A DNA stretch of 62,851 bases, the filler included, from Basidiobolus meristosporus CBS 931.73 (Eukaryota; Fungi; Basidiobolomycota), in assembly GCA_002104905.1 (NCBI GenBank). It is 4 parts of 4 records of this genome, joined end to end, with 100 filler letters (N's around TTAATTAATTAA, not from the genome) between each part and the next. Parts side by side here need not be neighbours in the genome. Positions count along the whole stretch, not along the records: positions 53,676 to 62,851 come from MCFE01001329.1; 3 more parts are not named here. One strand, given 5' to 3'. The notes beneath the pieces were generated by a model. It saw nothing but the letters and a program-made list of their open reading frames with translations, had not been told where the DNA came from and did no database searches. Shown here in pieces: positions 57,760 to 62,851 of the stretch. Made by a program: the position numbers and the translations under genes. Position 1 is the stretch's first letter. Each line of letters opens with the position of its first letter.

Positions 57760-59900
57760 GTATATCTGTCTATGGAGAACTTTATACTTGAGTTGTAATT
57801 GATTTTACCAGGATCAGACATTCTGAGCTCTTTAGATAAGCTGGATTAGTCTCTTCTAATGTTTCAAGGTTATTGTGTTTATGATAAGATCATCCACATA
57901 TAATGCTAATAGAGCTGGATTTGCTCCACCTGGCTTATAGTATATACTATAGTCAGTATTACTTTTTTCATACTTGAAGATTTCAAATAATAATCTATTT
58001 TGCAATTCTAGGCTCTTGAGGATTGCTTGAGTCCATATGGAGACTTGTAAGCTTGCAGACCAAACAGGCATTTTCTTGGTCAATAAAACCATTGGGCTGG
58101 TCCATATACATGTCCTCATCAAGTTCTTGATTCAAAAATGTAGTTTTTACATCCATTTGATGATTAGAAATTTGTACTTGGCTGCAATAGTCAATAGTAA
58201 TCTGATTGAGTTAAACTTGGCTGCTGGTGCAAGGTCTCAGTGTGGTCAAGTCTATTAGATTGAGAGTATCCTTTGGCCACAAGCCTTGTTTTCAATCTGT
58301 CAGTTGTACTACCAGCATTGTATTTTGTCATAAACACCCATCTGCATCCAATTGATTTTTGCTTGATTGGCAATTTGACTTAGTCATAAGTTTGATTTTC
58401 CATCAGGGCCTGATATTTCTCAGTCATTGCAAATCTCCAAAACTATGTCTAAGGGCTCTTCAGGGCCATTTTTACAGTCAAGGGCTCATCAATCTGGACT
58501 GAATAGTCCTGTGCTAAGTTTGTACACTCATTGATAATGTAATTCAAGCTATTTCTTGGGCAGTTGGTTCTCCAGGAAGTTAATATTGTAAAGATCACTT
58601 CTGAGATATTCCTGTTTGCAGCTTCAGGATAAGCCACAGTCTTAGAGTCCTCAGGAGTGAAATTATCTGCATGGCTTTGCTCCAATTCAATCCTAATAAT
58701 TGATGGACTTGAGGTTAGCTTTTTAACATCATCTAATGTCATTTTTGTGTGCTAATTTTGATTTTCCAACATACATAGCATCTTTGGACTTGACCAGCAT
58801 CTTTGCTTTGGTACTGTATAGTTGGTATTTTTCACTCTCATTGCAGTAGCCCAATAATATGCATTTACACTTTTTGGCTCAAATTTTGACTGATTTGCAG
58901 GCTGTTTTTTGCCATATGCTGTAAACACAAGTAATTTTGGATATATTGCGCTTATTGGCATCTAGACCATCCTTCAAATGGAGCAGAATCCCAAAGTATC
59001 TGGTGTAAATCCTAACTTTAAGGTATACAGCTGTGGCAACTGATTCTCCCCAAAAATCATAGGACAATATTTGATCATAAGTTACAGATCTTACTATACA
59101 GGTTGTTGATCTGCTTGCACATTCTGCTATTCCATTTTGCTGTCAGGAGTATGGTACATTAGCCTCTTGCTTCATCTGTTGAATTTTCACAAGTGGATGA
59201 AGAGTTTTGAGGTGCATTCTCCACCTTTGTCAGAGCATATTTTCTTGATTTTCTCACCAGTTTCTCTCTCTGCCATGACTTTAAGCCCCCTGAGCTTGGA
59301 CAGATGTTTTTCCTTTCTCTCCATGAAGTACACTTATTTGCATCTTGTAAAATCCACAATAATCGTAATTAAACACTTCACCCCATCTGAGGATAAATCC
59401 ACTGTAGGTCTACCCATATTTGTGAGAATTGGATCTAATTTCTGCATAGTTTTGACTAATTCAGAGCTCCCAAACTCTTGCCTGGCATGTTCCCCATATA
59501 TGCAGGCTTCATAGTGATCCAAATTGACTAGTTGATCTATATTTGATATGGAAATTAGCTGATCTTTGATCATTTTGCACAAATAATCAGAATTAATTTA
59601 TTCAACTCTCCTGTGCCAGAGCAATGGTGTTTCTTTGCTCAAGTTACCTGTATTGGCTTACCAGTATAAAGGAAATAAGTCAACTAATACACATTCTGAT
59701 CCCTGACACCCAAAGCAATGGAGCACCATTTTGATCAGTGATCCTGCATCCAGATTCCCTATGAAATATTACTTGACCTCACAAGTGGATCCAATTTAGA
59801 GACTATCATAATACCAGCAGCTTGGATTAGTAACCCTCTTGACAATCTTATGACAGGATCATGATGGTGATTTGCTGATTTTACAGCCAAACAAAGTTAT
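57760..59900 (-). mobile_element. Copia fragment (integrase to RT)
   Basis: FWGESVATAVYLK, RLVAKGYSQ, ALYVDDLII; related to 47500-48640. Confidence 0.88.
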
Positions 59901-60299
59901 AAAACTTGCCAGGGCTTGAATGGTGCTGTAACAATAATTGCATGGCATTGCTGCAGTCTTAATGAGCTCTATAACTATTTTATATGGAGCAAACTGGTCA
60001 GTACATCCAATTGCTTTATATGGCAAAAACTGGACAGTATCTTCCACCTCATTTTGAGTTTCTAATGGCATTACTACAGCGGTATGGCAGCCTACAGCAA
60101 GTTCTGTATAATGCTACTATTAAAAATTTATAAGACAAAAAACATAATAGTGTTTTGGTAGCCTCATTGCAGGCCCCCAATGGCATTGTTTTGGCAGTAT
60201 TTCATCCCAAAGTTAGTTCTGTATATTGCTACTGTACCAATTTACCAAATGGTATTTCTTTTTCTACCTCCCCTTGTATGATTCATATATTCTACTGTA

Positions 60300-61280
60300 G
60301 AATCACCCTTCTTTGTTTACTTTCCCACTACTACCTTGGGTATTTCACATATAGTTTGAATCAACAAATACTATTGCCACCTGCTTACTAACCTCTATAA
60401 ATTTGTATACCTGCCACAATTGACATACTACTATCACCTCCGCTTTATGGCTTTTTAGTGTGATACTTCCCATGCTGAAATATACCTTGTACTGCTGGTA
60501 ACATATATTTCTTGCAAACATATGCTTGGTTGCAGCCACTTCTGCCATGAATATCTCCAGGATATCTGCAAAGAACTTTTTGGTATTTAGCCAATATATT
60601 CCTTTGCCCTGCAGGATTCTAGTCCCCCTTGTAGGTGCGCTCTGGCTCTTGTTTGTGCAAATTCAGTGTTGAATGATGTAGAAGTTGCTTGTGACCAAAA
60701 GATATCTGGCATACTTTGGTAGAGTTTTCCTAATAAATATAAGTTGCTGGTTGCACCCAGCACAAATATGCATCACTTAACAGACAATCTATGCATTGGG
60801 TCTGCTTAGCATCTTAATAGGCATTGATGTCTCCACACACACATCTGTTCTCAGTATTTTCCAACTTTTCCTGGCTGTCCTCAATATGCTAACGTGTCCT
60901 ATCCATGACAGACCTGAAGGTAGAATTCTTAATGGGATTAGGATATGAGAGTACCAGCAACTTGATTTGTCTTCTTATCTCCCCACTTATCCACTCCATA
61001 GAAAACTCCCAAAAGGTGAAGCAAGGCTAATGTTTTCCACACACTAAGGAAGATAGATTAGAAAATGGATACAGTAGTGGTAGAGATCTATATAACCAGC
61101 TTTATGTTTGTAGTGTAACCACTCAAGTCCCATTACCAACTCCTTGCACAAATGCTGTAGATGTGTCAAGTTGGCACTGGTGATCCACTTCTGGATAAAT
61201 ATTCCTATAATATCCAAATATGACTTCCAATGCTTCAAATGTAGTAATAATGTAACCTCAAATGGTACCATTAAAAGTGT
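60300..61280 (-). mobile_element. CACTA/EnSpm-like transposase relic
   Basis: EWLHY..HYCIHFLIYLP*CVENI..FYGV resembles the H.LlHl...i...GP.W.yW.f..ER block; heavily decayed. Confidence 0.5.
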
Positions 61281-61284
61281 AGAG

Positions 61285-62851
61285 CTTGATGATAACCAAA
61301 GGCTATTCTCAAATCCAGGGACTGGAATTTAAGGACACATTTACTCCGGTACCAAAGTTTTACTTCTTTGGGATGTTTCTAGTACTGGAAGCTGTACACA
61401 GCCTAGATCTACTCCAATTGTACATCAAAAAAGCCTTTAAGTGGAAATCTGCAAGCAGCTATACATATGGAGCAAACAGAAATAATTTCTGATCAGAGAG
61501 GCCATCAAACGGTGTGCAGACATATAGTATGCTTGTATGGGCTTAAGTAGGTACCAAAAGCATGATATTACATGATTGACACATGTTAAGTGTTGATTGA
61601 GTTTACTTGTGGCACTGCTGTTCACAATATATATGCAAAACAGCTTAAAAAGGATGTGATCATCCTATTTGTTTGCGATGACAACCTAATAATAGCCACA
61701 AGTGACCAGAAGGTTCTTAAACAGGCAACATCAGACCTCTTCAGCTGGTTGAAGCTGAAAGATCCTGAAACACTGAGCTATTTTCTTGGAACAGAGGTCC
61801 TAATTCACATACCTATGCAGAAAGCTGCGCTGATTCTGTCTAAGTACATTGCAGACATTCTTAGATGCTTCCTAATGGAAAACTGCAAGCCTGCAGCAAG
61901 CCCAATGGGCAAAAACCGGAAATTAAGCAAATTACAGCCAGTTTTAGGCCAAAACTGCTACATATGGACCAGAAATTTGGCCATCAATCAATGGTTATTA
62001 ACTTGATGTACTTGATGGTGTTCACATGTACCAATATTGCAATGGCAGCTGTAATAGTTGGTTAAATCATGCATAATCAAGGATAGGATCAAATTGCAGC
62101 AGTTGTGCAAATTTTCCGATTCTGCAAGGTACCATATAATGGCTCTAAAATACCACAAGGCAACTAATGGGTGTAAATTTTATGGCTGTAGTGATTCATA
62201 TTGTGGTAGGAATTTAATTGACAGATGCTCCACAAACTGGGTATGTTTTTATATATGCTGCTACAGCTATTACCTGGAATTGCATGAAACAACCAACTGT
62301 GGCCCTATCTACAATTGAAGCTGAATATCTGGCTGCTTGTCAAGCAACTAAGGAAGCAATATGCCTACAAAAATAACTCAAATACATAGACTTTAGTGTA
62401 GATGCGCCAGTTTGTACTTACAAGGACAATCACCGTTGTATTTTGGTAGCTAGGAATCATACCAATCATGCCAGAACTAGGAACATAAATATTCAACAAC
62501 ACATTGTGAGGGTAGCTGTCCAAAATAATTTAGCAACAGTTGGCTTACTGCCCAACTGGCAAGATAGTGGCAGATATACTGACAAAACCACTAACTAGGA
62601 CACAATTTGGGGATATCCAATATGAACTAGGATTGAGAAATTATTCAGTGAAGGGGAAGTGATGAAATATTAGACATTTGGTGTCATTGAGTAGCTTCAA
62701 GCTTACTAGGCAGTTATGAACTAGTCTTTGTCACTGTAGGACTAATTTCTAGCTCTAACTTTGCCACTTTCCTCAGATCTATGATCCTTTGGCTATTCCC
62801 CTGTAGTCAAGATCAAATTTGCACTTTTGCTGAACATAATGTCAAACCTTT
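61285..62851 (+). mobile_element. Copia 3' part (RT, RNase H, LTR family B from 62660)
   Basis: KGYSQIQG, FVCDDNLII, STIEAEYLAAC; PPT GAAGGGGAAG then TGATGAAATAT. Confidence 0.88.

Overview
Eukaryotic, intron-containing, repeat-rich DNA, most likely from an early-diverging fungus (inference from short GT-AG introns, TTAGGG repeats and gene content). The window is four contigs joined by artificial 100-bp N/TTAATTAATTAA spacers (29898-29997, 43826-43925, 53576-53675), so adjacency across these is not guaranteed. About two-thirds is decayed, CpG-depleted transposon sequence: a Ty3/Gypsy chromovirus, nested Ty1/Copia fragments and solo LTRs with TSDs, L1-like relics, CACTA-like relics and a MITE. 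Host genes are a spliced 54-aa microprotein missed by the ORF track, a single-pass PY-motif protein, a FUSC/ArAE-type transporter, and SDR and GH18 chitinase pseudogenes. Two systems stand out. (1) Head-to-tail arrays of non-LTR retroelements (APE-RT LINEs, an ORF1-only element and a tRNA-headed SINE) that all end in one shared signature, TGGCTTCTTT..AATAAAGATTTCACC-loop-GGTGAC-CCCTCCCCCTAA(CCCTAA), attached as at a chromosome end. (2) A ~9-kb, CpG-rich, single-strand gene cluster encoding a tyrosine recombinase, a Kelch-SNF2 ATPase fusion and two orphan proteins, with two tandem arrays sharing an ACCGCGCGGC core: a candidate undescribed YR-mobilised large element.
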